DNA from: an uncultured Luminiphilus sp.
Lineage (GTDB): Bacteria > Pseudomonadota > Gammaproteobacteria > Pseudomonadales > Halieaceae
Assembly: GCA_905182485.1 (NCBI GenBank)
Contig: CAJJBO010000007.1
Location: 63,097-127,096 of the forward strand
Length of the DNA: 64,000 nt
Reading direction: 5' to 3'
Below, in pieces: positions 31,150 to 39,255 of the stretch. Both the position numbers and the translations under genes were made by a program. Within the stretch, counting starts at the first letter, position 1; the number at the start of each line of letters is the position of its first letter. The notes beneath the pieces were generated by a model. That model made no database searches. It saw only the letters and a list, made by a program, of their open reading frames with translations, and was not told where the DNA came from.

Positions 31150-31926
31150 GTGTTGCAAATGGGAGAGGGGCATTACGGTCGGCATGGCACCCTCGGTATC
31201 GCTACGCCACAGGCTAACGTGACTGCGGAAACAGAATTTCGCGCGCTTTTGCCCAGAGGCGTCGCCTGCGCGACGGTGCGTATGACCAGTGATGAGCCTC
31301 TCCCTGAAGACCGATTGCGCGCTTACTTTACTGATATTGGCCAGACCCTGGACCGATTTGATACGTTGGTCATGGGGGCAGTTGGATTGGCCTGCACTGG
31401 ATCGAGTTATCTTCTTGGCCATGCCTCTGTCGAAGCCAGTCTTGCCACGTTGAGCGCTCGTCGCCAGCAGTCTGTGATCTCTGCGGCAGCAGCCATTGAG
31501 CGCGCGCTGAATCAGATTGGCGCTCGCTCTATTGCGCTGATTTGCCCTTATCCTGAGTGGCTTTTGGAGGCAGCCGAAAGGCACTGGCAGGAGCGAGGCT
31601 TCGTGCTCGCCGATCGATTTTCGCTTGATCCGCATCAGCGAGATACGCGAGCGATTTATGGCCTGTCGCCCGAGATCGCAGCAGAGCAGATCAGGACTCG
31701 CTGGCACAGCAGAAAGGCAGATGTCTATCTGATCACTGGAACAGGGCTCCCGACACTGCGACTCGTCGCCGAGCTGTCGGGGGTTTTGCCGGGACCGGTG
31801 CTGTCTTCGAATCTTTGCCTTGCCTGGGCGACCTTGCTGGAGGCCGGCATTGACCTCGCCGAGCGGGGACCTAGTGCTGCTATGCCACTCTTGGCGGGTT
31901 GGGAGAATCGTCTCGACGATTGCTAG
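31150..31926 (+). CDS. Maleate cis-trans isomerase/arylmalonate decarboxylase (Asp/Glu racemase superfamily) protein
   Basis: GIATPQANVTAETE, LACTGSSY, ICPYP, PVLSSNLCLAW; the second catalytic site reads ITGTG. Confidence 0.8.
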   Translation: MLQMGEGHYGRHGTLGIATPQANVTAETEFRALLPRGVACATVRMTSDEPLPEDRLRAYFTDIGQTLDRFDTLVMGAVGLACTGSSYLLGHASVEASLATLSARRQQSVISAAAAIERALNQIGARSIALICPYPEWLLEAAERHWQERGFVLADRFSLDPHQRDTRAIYGLSPEIAAEQIRTRWHSRKADVYLITGTGLPTLRLVAELSGVLPGPVLSSNLCLAWATLLEAGIDLAERGPSAAMPLLAGWENRLDDC

Positions 31927-31928
31927 TC

Positions 31929-32306
31929 TCACGGCTGTCGCAGGAGCCACTCGCTCAGCCGCTGGGTCTCTTCGGCGGTCAGCGGATTAACGTAATTCAT
32001 CGCATTGTTTGGAATAGCGGCATCAGGATCTGTCAGCCAGGCAAGTAGTGTGGGCAGGCGCCAGATCCATCCTGAAGCGGAAAGGGCTTCAGAGAATTGA
32101 TATCCGTCAATTGTCCCAGCCTGCCGATTTAACAGGCCACTTAGCGCTGGACCCACGCGGCGGTCTGGGGCAGTTCCAAGGCTGTGGCAGGCGTTGCAGG
32201 CGACATCGTACAGTTGCTCACCGTTCAGCGGGGCGGCCTGTAAACTGGCACTCAGTAAACCGAGCTGCACAGCGCTTAGGTAGACTGCCCGTGCCCAAAG
32301 TCTCAT
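31929..32306 (-). CDS. Class I cytochrome c (c2-like), secreted
   Basis: Signal peptide, CNACH, VGPALSGL, distal Met in PNNAM; ATGA-coupled to the upstream flavoprotein. Confidence 0.88.
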   Translation of the reverse strand: MRLWARAVYLSAVQLGLLSASLQAAPLNGEQLYDVACNACHSLGTAPDRRVGPALSGLLNRQAGTIDGYQFSEALSASGWIWRLPTLLAWLTDPDAAIPNNAMNYVNPLTAEETQRLSEWLLRQP

Positions 32307-33712
32307 GCCAGTACCCGCATGATTTCCAGCGCGGCACGCTCCCCTGACTCCATCGCGCCCTCCATTCCGCGATACGCTTCTGCCGTATGTTCTCCCGCGA
32401 AGAACAGTCGCCCCGTCGGGGCACGGATCGCTCCGTGAGCCGTGCCGGCTTGACCCGGTCGCCACAGTGCCCAAACGCCGCCAGCGTAGGGGTCTATGCT
32501 CCACCGTACTAACTGGCCCACGGAGGTGACATCGCGCGCCTCTGGCACGAGTTGCCAAAGCGCCTGAGTGATGGTCTGGGTGCAAGCCGCCTCGTCAAGC
32601 GCATTGAGTGGGTCACAGTGGTCGCCGTTAATCCATACCGTCATGTTGTAACGGCTGGTATTGGGAATGGGGCGGGTAAAAATCCTGCCGAGCAAACCAT
32701 CGGTCCACCAAGAGCCGCTCCAGCCAGCGGCCTCCCAAAAGGGTGCCTCGACGATACAGTGGAGTTGTACGACTTTGTGATAATCGATTTGCTTTAGCAG
32801 GGTGGTTTGGGCGGCAGACAAATTGATCTCGATTTGTTCCAACGCAGGTAGGGGCAGAGCCAGAATCGCGGCATCGGCTTCCAATGTTTTACCCGATGCC
32901 AGCGCCACCTGTACTCGCGAGGGTGAATGTCGAATTGCAACGACCGGTTCACCCAGCGACACGGGCCTCGAGAGCTGCTTCGCCATGGCCTCAGGTAGCC
33001 GCATATTGCCGAGTATGGCTTCCTGCACCGCCAATGCCGGGCCGGACAAGCGCCCAAATTCGCCCATGATGCGATACAGCGCCATGAGGCTGGTGTCGCT
33101 AAGATTGTTGCCATAACTGTTGTTGGCGTTGATCAATTCGATGGCGGCGTTGGGAAAACCCAGCGCCTTGAGTCCCACTTCGGCTGACTGATCTGAGGCC
33201 ATCAGATTGGGGTCATGCCAGGCGCGGGTTTTCAAAAGTGGATTTGTCTCATTGAGCTTTCCCATCAAGCGCTGCGGTGGGATGGTCCGCCACGCCTCGG
33301 GAAGGGGGTTGGCCGCAGCGCTTGCCCAGCTATCGCGGGAGATGCGCTCATCTCCAATGAGGTAATCGCTGGGTAGCGTGCGGGGTGGCGTGCGCAGTGC
33401 GATGTCGAGATGGTGGGCCATGTGAACAACGCGACCGTATTGGGCGCCCATGACGTTGCCGCCCCCCTCGGGGGAGCCCGGGAGGTGATCTAGCGTCCAA
33501 AGCCGGCCGCCGACGCGTGTTTTGGCTTCGACAACGTCGACCTCAAAGCCCCATCGTTCCAGAATAAGGGCCGCATTCAAACCAGACAGACCCGCTCCCA
33601 CCACCACCACACGTCGGCCTGAGCCCCTGCCGTTGCAGCCACCACTAGCGCTTGCCAGCAATCCAGCGATGGAGCCCTCGAGTAGGCGTCTGCGGGTGAG
33701 TATCGGGATCAA
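32303..33712 (-). CDS. Tat-exported flavin amine oxidoreductase (MAO/LAAO family)
   Basis: TRRRLL Tat motif and possible lipobox Cys; VVGAGLSGL, RVGGR, FAGEHT, GMEGAMESGERAA. Confidence 0.88.
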   Translation of the reverse strand: MIPILTRRRLLEGSIAGLLASASGGCNGRGSGRRVVVVGAGLSGLNAALILERWGFEVDVVEAKTRVGGRLWTLDHLPGSPEGGGNVMGAQYGRVVHMAHHLDIALRTPPRTLPSDYLIGDERISRDSWASAAANPLPEAWRTIPPQRLMGKLNETNPLLKTRAWHDPNLMASDQSAEVGLKALGFPNAAIELINANNSYGNNLSDTSLMALYRIMGEFGRLSGPALAVQEAILGNMRLPEAMAKQLSRPVSLGEPVVAIRHSPSRVQVALASGKTLEADAAILALPLPALEQIEINLSAAQTTLLKQIDYHKVVQLHCIVEAPFWEAAGWSGSWWTDGLLGRIFTRPIPNTSRYNMTVWINGDHCDPLNALDEAACTQTITQALWQLVPEARDVTSVGQLVRWSIDPYAGGVWALWRPGQAGTAHGAIRAPTGRLFFAGEHTAEAYRGMEGAMESGERAALEIMRVLA

Positions 33713-33827
33713 AGTCTTAAGGCCTTGGACGATGTGGATTCAGTAAATCGCATATTGACATATCTTTATATCTTTTCTCAAACGGGCTATGCTCTTTCGG
33801 TAGCCAGCAAACTCAGGAGACCACACT

Positions 33828-34739
33828 ATGTGGCTGTTTTCACGCTTAACGACTTTTCTTGGTTTTATCCTTTCTGGGCTGATAGCAACCGCCGTTCAAG
33901 CAGAGACGATTGATGCTAACTCTGGAGACGGCTTTGTCGCGCTCAATCGCAAAATACAGTGCTCTTTAGCGGATAGTTCACCTCAGGTTTTTGAATGGTC
34001 CGGATTCGGCTACTCCCGGGTACCCGGTGAGCCGGATCGCAAGATTTTTGGTTTGCTGGGTATGAATATCCGCCAGTGTGGGCAGGTTGAGGACCCTGAC
34101 AAAGGCATCGGTTATCGACTCGTCTCAAGGGAGATCATGTTGTATCTCGATCCTCAGACAGGAGAAATCCTGCGCACGTTTGACAATCCCTGGACCGGGG
34201 AGGCGAATGAGGTGATTCACGTTGCCAACGATCCAGTCAACCAACGGCCCGGCTTCGGTATCAATGCCGATGGCTCCGAGAGGGCCTTCACATACCGCGA
34301 CGTTAATGGCCAGTATCTGATCAACTACGAAATCCCCTTGTTTTATAAAAATGCGATGGGCGGTGACTACCAAAAATATGTGGGCGGCAGTTATCACGCC
34401 ACAGAGATTTTCGACTTCAATGGCGATGTCGCTGAACTACTGGACGCGTCGAAGCCAGTCGCATATCCCGTAATCTCTTGGGTTCGTCTGGCACCTTGGC
34501 TTCCGTGGATGGAGATGAATGGTCGGGCTGGCATGCTGTACTTTAATGCGATGGGCAGAAAGCTTGAAAATTACGAGCAGCTGTCGGAGGTGATTAAGGC
34601 TGAAATTGCACAACAGTACCCAGAATATACAACACCGCCGCCGTTAGATGATCCTCGTCGTAACGAAACGTCATGGACGTTCATGAAGAAAATAATTGAT
34701 TCACGAACAGAAGAAGCGGCTGTTTCTCCTCAGCATTAG
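33828..34739 (+). CDS. Secreted DUF1838 family protein
   Basis: AGGAG RBS; signal peptide; RKIQCSL, WSGFGYSRVPGEPD, SREIMLYLDPQTGE, VIHVANDPVN, WLPWMEM, NETSW as recognised for DUF1838. Confidence 0.8.
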   Translation: MWLFSRLTTFLGFILSGLIATAVQAETIDANSGDGFVALNRKIQCSLADSSPQVFEWSGFGYSRVPGEPDRKIFGLLGMNIRQCGQVEDPDKGIGYRLVSREIMLYLDPQTGEILRTFDNPWTGEANEVIHVANDPVNQRPGFGINADGSERAFTYRDVNGQYLINYEIPLFYKNAMGGDYQKYVGGSYHATEIFDFNGDVAELLDASKPVAYPVISWVRLAPWLPWMEMNGRAGMLYFNAMGRKLENYEQLSEVIKAEIAQQYPEYTTPPPLDDPRRNETSWTFMKKIIDSRTEEAAVSPQH

Positions 34740-34959
34740 ACCGTGCACGCACTTCCGGGAGTCCATAAGTGTCTAGTAATGAGTCGCAGAAGGCGCTGAG
34801 GGCGGCACTCAGTGCCTGTGTACTTGTGAGTGAGGGTGTCTCCCCTTCGCTAAGCTGGATCCTGCTACACCGGTTTCTCTTTTGCGATCTGGCCAATATG
34901 ACCGCCGTGGTGAACGCAGCGATCGTGATCTGCTTGAGCGATGGATGAGTCTGTCGCGC

Positions 34960-35811
34960 CTAATGTGCGTTGAGATACTTTGCGTGGAACCGGAGGTGGT
35001 CGGCCATAAAAGAGGCAATGAAATAGTAACTGTGATCATAGCCGTGCTGCATCCGAACGTGGACAGGGTAGTCCGCGGCGTCACCGGCAGCCGTGATCAA
35101 TGGTGTCTTGAGCTGTTCGTCTAAGAAATTATCAGCCGTGCCTTGATCGATCAGGATGGGCCTGTGCTCGGTAGCCGAAGCTAACAGCGCGCAGGTGTCA
35201 TAGGCCGCCCAATCCGATTCATTTGGTCCTAAATACTCTGTGAACGCTTTTTTGCCCCAAGGGCACTGTGTGGGTGCAACAATCGGTGAAAATGCCGAGA
35301 GCGACACATAGCGCTCGGGGTTTCTGAGGCCAATGGTCAGGGCGCCATGTCCCCCCATTGAGTGCCCCATGATCGCTGCGCAATCGGTATCGATTTGTGG
35401 GCAGTTCTCTGCCAGCACTTCAGGTAACTCGCTAACAATATAGTCATACATTTGATAATGCGCAGACCATGGTGCCTGCGTTGCATTGAGATAAAACCCA
35501 GCCCCAAGGCCCATGTCGTAGCTGCCGTCTGGATCATCAGCAACGCCCTCACCCCGGGGGCTAGTATCGGGCGCCACTACTGCCACACCATGCTCAGCGG
35601 CGTAGCATTGCGCACCGGCTTTGGTGACGAAGTTCTCGTCTGTGCAGGTGAGCCCCGATAGGTAATACACCACGGGCACCCGATATTCCGCCGCTTGCGG
35701 TGGCAGGTAGACTGCATAAACCATATCGCAGTCCAGTACGTTGGAACGGTGCTGATAGCGATTTTGTTCGCCGCCAAACATTTTGACACTGCTTAGACAG
35801 TCTGCGCTCAT
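34960..35811 (-). CDS. fghA: S-formylglutathione hydrolase
   Basis: LSGLTCTDENF, GAGFYLNAT, GHSMGGHGA, GYDHSYYFIASF. Confidence 0.95.
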   Translation of the reverse strand: MSADCLSSVKMFGGEQNRYQHRSNVLDCDMVYAVYLPPQAAEYRVPVVYYLSGLTCTDENFVTKAGAQCYAAEHGVAVVAPDTSPRGEGVADDPDGSYDMGLGAGFYLNATQAPWSAHYQMYDYIVSELPEVLAENCPQIDTDCAAIMGHSMGGHGALTIGLRNPERYVSLSAFSPIVAPTQCPWGKKAFTEYLGPNESDWAAYDTCALLASATEHRPILIDQGTADNFLDEQLKTPLITAAGDAADYPVHVRMQHGYDHSYYFIASFMADHLRFHAKYLNAH

Positions 35812-36917
35812 CAGAACGTTACCACCGAGCGAATGCTTTTACCTTCGTGCATGAGATCGAAGGCGGTATTGATATCCTCCAAAGGCATGGTATGGGTAAT
35901 CATTGGATCTATCTGAATGTTTCCTTCCATGTACCAGTCAACGATTTTTGGTACGTCGGTTCGACCGCGCGCGCCGCCAAATGCCGTGCCGCGCCATGAC
36001 CGACCGGTCACCAGCTGAAAGGGCCTCGTTGAGATTTCCTGGCCCGCACCGGCTACGCCAATCACACAGCTTTGGCCCCATCCTTTGTGGCAGCACTCAA
36101 GCGCTTGGCGCATCACATTAACATTGCCAATACACTCGAAACTGTAGTCCACGCCGCCACCGGTTATCTGAATGAGATGATCGACCACATCATCTACTTC
36201 GCTCGGATTCACGAAATCGGTCATGCCGAATTGCGTTGCGAGGGGGATCTTGTCGGGGTTTAGATCTACCCCAATAATCCGTCGAGCACCTACTAGTTTT
36301 GCACCCTGAATGACGTTGAGACCAATACCCCCTAATCCAAACACGGCGACGGTAGCGCCAGCCTCCACTTTCATGGTGAAAGCGACGGCACCAATCCCCG
36401 TCGTCACGCCGCAACCGATGTAGCAAATCTTGTCGAAGGGCGCATCTTCACGAACCTTAGCCAGCGCTATCTCGGGCAGGACCGTGTAATTAGAGAACGT
36501 GGAGCAACCCATGTAATGCAGGATGGGTTTGCCATCGAGTGAAAAGCGACTGGTGTGATCGGGCATCACGCCCTGGCCTTGTGTTTCCCGGATTGCCTGA
36601 CAGAGGTTTGTCTTTGGGTGCAGGCAGAAATCGCAGGTACGGCACTCGGGGGTATACAGCGGAATAACGTGGTCTCCGACCTTGAGGTCCTTCACGCCTT
36701 GACCCACTTCAACGACGACGCCCGCGCCCTCGTGACCCAAAATGGCAGGGAATGCGCCCTCGGGGTCATTGCCGGACAGGGTAAACGCATCAGTATGACA
36801 AACCCCGGTCGCCTTGATCTCTACCATGACCTCTCCGGTAGCAGGACCACCGACATCTACCTCAACAATTTCTAATGGCTTGCCAGCTTCGAAGGCGACT
36901 GCAGCACGACTTTTCAT
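35811..36917 (-). CDS. frmA: S-(hydroxymethyl)glutathione dehydrogenase / class III ADH
   Basis: [38 protein letters not shown]. Confidence 0.96.
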   Translation of the reverse strand: MKSRAAVAFEAGKPLEIVEVDVGGPATGEVMVEIKATGVCHTDAFTLSGNDPEGAFPAILGHEGAGVVVEVGQGVKDLKVGDHVIPLYTPECRTCDFCLHPKTNLCQAIRETQGQGVMPDHTSRFSLDGKPILHYMGCSTFSNYTVLPEIALAKVREDAPFDKICYIGCGVTTGIGAVAFTMKVEAGATVAVFGLGGIGLNVIQGAKLVGARRIIGVDLNPDKIPLATQFGMTDFVNPSEVDDVVDHLIQITGGGVDYSFECIGNVNVMRQALECCHKGWGQSCVIGVAGAGQEISTRPFQLVTGRSWRGTAFGGARGRTDVPKIVDWYMEGNIQIDPMITHTMPLEDINTAFDLMHEGKSIRSVVTF

Positions 36918-37166
36918 AGGGTTTTCACTCCTGACTTTAAGCCTCATATTATGCCTGAGCAGAGGCCATGAGCCACCCCTTAAATAGGGTCCCGTTAGCG
37001 TTGCAGAGCCGCAGTAGCGCTACCGTCACGGAGGATTATTGTGAGGGGCGTGTCAGGGGAAACGTGAGGAGCACTGAGGCGACGCCGCGCTTGTGTTCTT
37101 TTATCCTCATGTAGTATCAACACGGTGCTTGATGAGAAAATTAAATGAGAGAAGCAGGCTATTGTC

Positions 37167-37772
37167 ATGAGTAAATTATTTTTCCGTTACGGCGCCATGA
37201 ACAGCGGTAAGAGCACCTCGATGTTGCAGGTGGCGCATAACTATGAAGAGCGTGGACAGCACGTTCTATTGATGAAGCCGGCGAAGGATACAAAGGGCGA
37301 TGATCAAATTGTTTCGCGCTTGGGTGTGGCGCGACCAGCAGACTTGGTGTTACTGCCAGATCAAGATTTGCGCGCCACATTGCATGCGTTAAGTCATGCG
37401 CTGAGTGAGCAGCAGGACTCTGAGCAGCAAAGGGTCGCCTGTCTGCTTATCGATGAGGCGCAGTTCTTAACACCCGAACAAGTCGACCAAGCGTTGGCGA
37501 TTGCCGTGCTGGATGACATTCCGGTGGTGGCCTTTGGTATTAGAACGGATTTTCGCACGCGGGCTTTTCCGGGCAGTCGGCGCTTAATGGAGGTCGCTCA
37601 TTCACTCCAGGAAATGAAGACCATTTGTCGCTGCGGAAAAAAAGCCATCTTCAATGCGCGATTAGGCGATGCCGGTATCGTTCGTGAAGGAGAGCAAGTG
37701 GTGATCGACGGCGATAACGTGCGCTACGAGGCGCTATGTGGCCGGTGCTATCTGGAGGCCACCGCGAGCTGA
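37167..37772 (+). CDS. tdk: Thymidine kinase
   Basis: GAMNSGKST, LIDEAQF, GIRTDF, ICRCG...LCGRC zinc site. Confidence 0.95.
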   Translation: MSKLFFRYGAMNSGKSTSMLQVAHNYEERGQHVLLMKPAKDTKGDDQIVSRLGVARPADLVLLPDQDLRATLHALSHALSEQQDSEQQRVACLLIDEAQFLTPEQVDQALAIAVLDDIPVVAFGIRTDFRTRAFPGSRRLMEVAHSLQEMKTICRCGKKAIFNARLGDAGIVREGEQVVIDGDNVRYEALCGRCYLEATAS

Positions 37773-37815
37773 TTGCCCGCATAGACTGGGTCTCAATGGA
37801 TTAAACAATGGTGTT

Positions 37816-37846
37816 AAAAAAACAGCGGCTTAATGCCGCTGTTTTT
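37816..37846. terminator. Bidirectional intrinsic terminator
   Basis: A7-CAGCGGC-TTAAT-GCCGCTG-T5 between convergent tdk and the cupin gene. Confidence 0.88.
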
Positions 37847-37876
37847 GGTTGCCACTGCTAATCGTTCCGGCGGTAC

Positions 37877-38935
37877 CTACGACCCCGGCTTAATGTTGGT
37901 GGTCATGGTCATGCGATGGTCATGCGAATGGTCATGTGAATGGTCATGGGTGTGAGGGCTTTCTTCATCATGGTGATGATGTCCGTGCCAATGATCGTGT
38001 CGATGACCATCGCTCTTATGCTCGGTATCGTGCCCCGCTTCATTAGCCCGCCTTGGCATCGTTAACTCGAAGTCTTTGGGGCTGTGTGGATGGTTATGAT
38101 CCTGACTAAAGGCCCAATGGTAGAGCAGTGGGTCTCTTGCGAGCAGTCGCGCTTCTGAGCGGTCCGCATTTTCGACGGGGGTCGACCAAGGGTTATAGTG
38201 AAAGTGATTGAATAATTTAGAATCCACGCGGCCCAGCGCAATACAGCCATACTCTGATGCAAAAGCACCGTGGTTGATATAGGCCGGGCGCCAGAAATAC
38301 CCACCTGTTGGCACATCTCCAAACTGCATCATCCAAGACGTACCCCAAAGGTGGTAAGACTCCTCGGCACAGTCGTGATACGAGATATTGTCCTGATAAA
38401 AATTTGGTGTCATGCAGTAGAGAAAGGTCATTGCGAAGGAGTTGGGGTTGTAGTTGAGGAGTTTGATCATGCAGCCTGTTGCCACACTGGGTTTTGCAAC
38501 ATTGCCCATGGCCCAGGACAGATCCATATAACTGTCTACGTCATGATAGAGCTGTGTTTGCGTCGATGCATGATGCGTCGTGGCCTCTTCATGACTCGGC
38601 TCTCCGGTGTTGTACATGTAGAGCAGAAGACAGCCTTGATCAGAGCTGATTTCAGGCATTGCGTAACCCGCAGGTACATAGAAATAATGTCCCTTGCGAC
38701 AAACTCGGTCACCGACCTTCAACTCCCCTTCGATCACGATGAGTTCGTATTCTGACCAAGAAAATCCGGGCGATCGCTTGTAGCCACCGTCAAACTGCAC
38801 CGTCATTGAGCAGGCACCTGTGTCGACATCCATACTCAGCATTTTGTAGTGCATGCCCGCTCCAAAGCCGAGCAATCGCATGGGTTTAAAGTGGGTATCT
38901 CGATCACAGAAGGGTTCAATATGTGGTCGTGCCAT
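37877..38935 (-). CDS. Bicupin protein (DUF4437/ChrR-cupin-like) with His-rich C-terminal tail
   Basis: MARPHIE N-terminus; C-terminal cupin motifs YHDCAEESY and YFWRPAYINHG; tail HRHDHWHGHHHH...HDHSHDHSHDH. The true stop is probably 37890 after a 1-nt deletion. Confidence 0.75.
   Translation of the reverse strand: MARPHIEPFCDRDTHFKPMRLLGFGAGMHYKMLSMDVDTGACSMTVQFDGGYKRSPGFSWSEYELIVIEGELKVGDRVCRKGHYFYVPAGYAMPEISSDQGCLLLYMYNTGEPSHEEATTHHASTQTQLYHDVDSYMDLSWAMGNVAKPSVATGCMIKLLNYNPNSFAMTFLYCMTPNFYQDNISYHDCAEESYHLWGTSWMMQFGDVPTGGYFWRPAYINHGAFASEYGCIALGRVDSKLFNHFHYNPWSTPVENADRSEARLLARDPLLYHWAFSQDHNHPHSPKDFELTMPRRANEAGHDTEHKSDGHRHDHWHGHHHHDEESPHTHDHSHDHSHDHRMTMTTNIKPGS
37898..37948 (-). repeat. Coding tandem repeat of ~12-bp CATGACCATTCR (HDHS)
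   Basis: Minus strand CATGACCATTCA CATGACCATTCG CATGACCAT-CG CATGACCATGACCAC. Confidence 0.85.
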
Positions 38936-38937
38936 GG

Positions 38938-39255
38938 TTAAGCCTCCTGTCCGTTGCGTGGGGTATCGTCGCTATCGACGCCGTACTTCCAGACCACCTG
39001 ATCTTTTCGATCTGCCGTTTTGACCGGCAGATCGCTATCAGGAATCGGCATTTTGTCGTCGCCATCTAGATTGAAGCCATTCGTTTTAATGCGATCAAAA
39101 AACTCCTGATACCATTTCTCTCGTGTTGGGGCTAGCGCCTCCATAGAGGCCTCAATTTCAGCAAATCGGGCTTCCTGCTCCGCTATTTCTTCTTTTACCC
39201 AGTCCTCGGCTTCACTGGTACGTTCATGGTCTATGTAAAGGTTTTTGAATGTCAT
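38938..39255 (-). CDS. Acidic hypothetical protein (105 aa)
   Basis: ATGA-coupled to the CoA transferase and 2 nt from the cupin start; AGGAG RBS; helical E/A-rich N-half. Confidence 0.8.
   Translation of the reverse strand: MTFKNLYIDHERTSEAEDWVKEEIAEQEARFAEIEASMEALAPTREKWYQEFFDRIKTNGFNLDGDDKMPIPDSDLPVKTADRKDQVVWKYGVDSDDTPRNGQEA

Noticed and set aside
31033-31950. 305-aa minus-strand ORF
   Set aside because: It is the antisense shadow of the maleate isomerase-like gene, with Arg/Ser-rich composition and no family motifs.
32307-32585. N-terminal extension of the cytochrome c ORF
   Set aside because: It lies within the flavoprotein gene; the signal peptide begins at ATG 32306.
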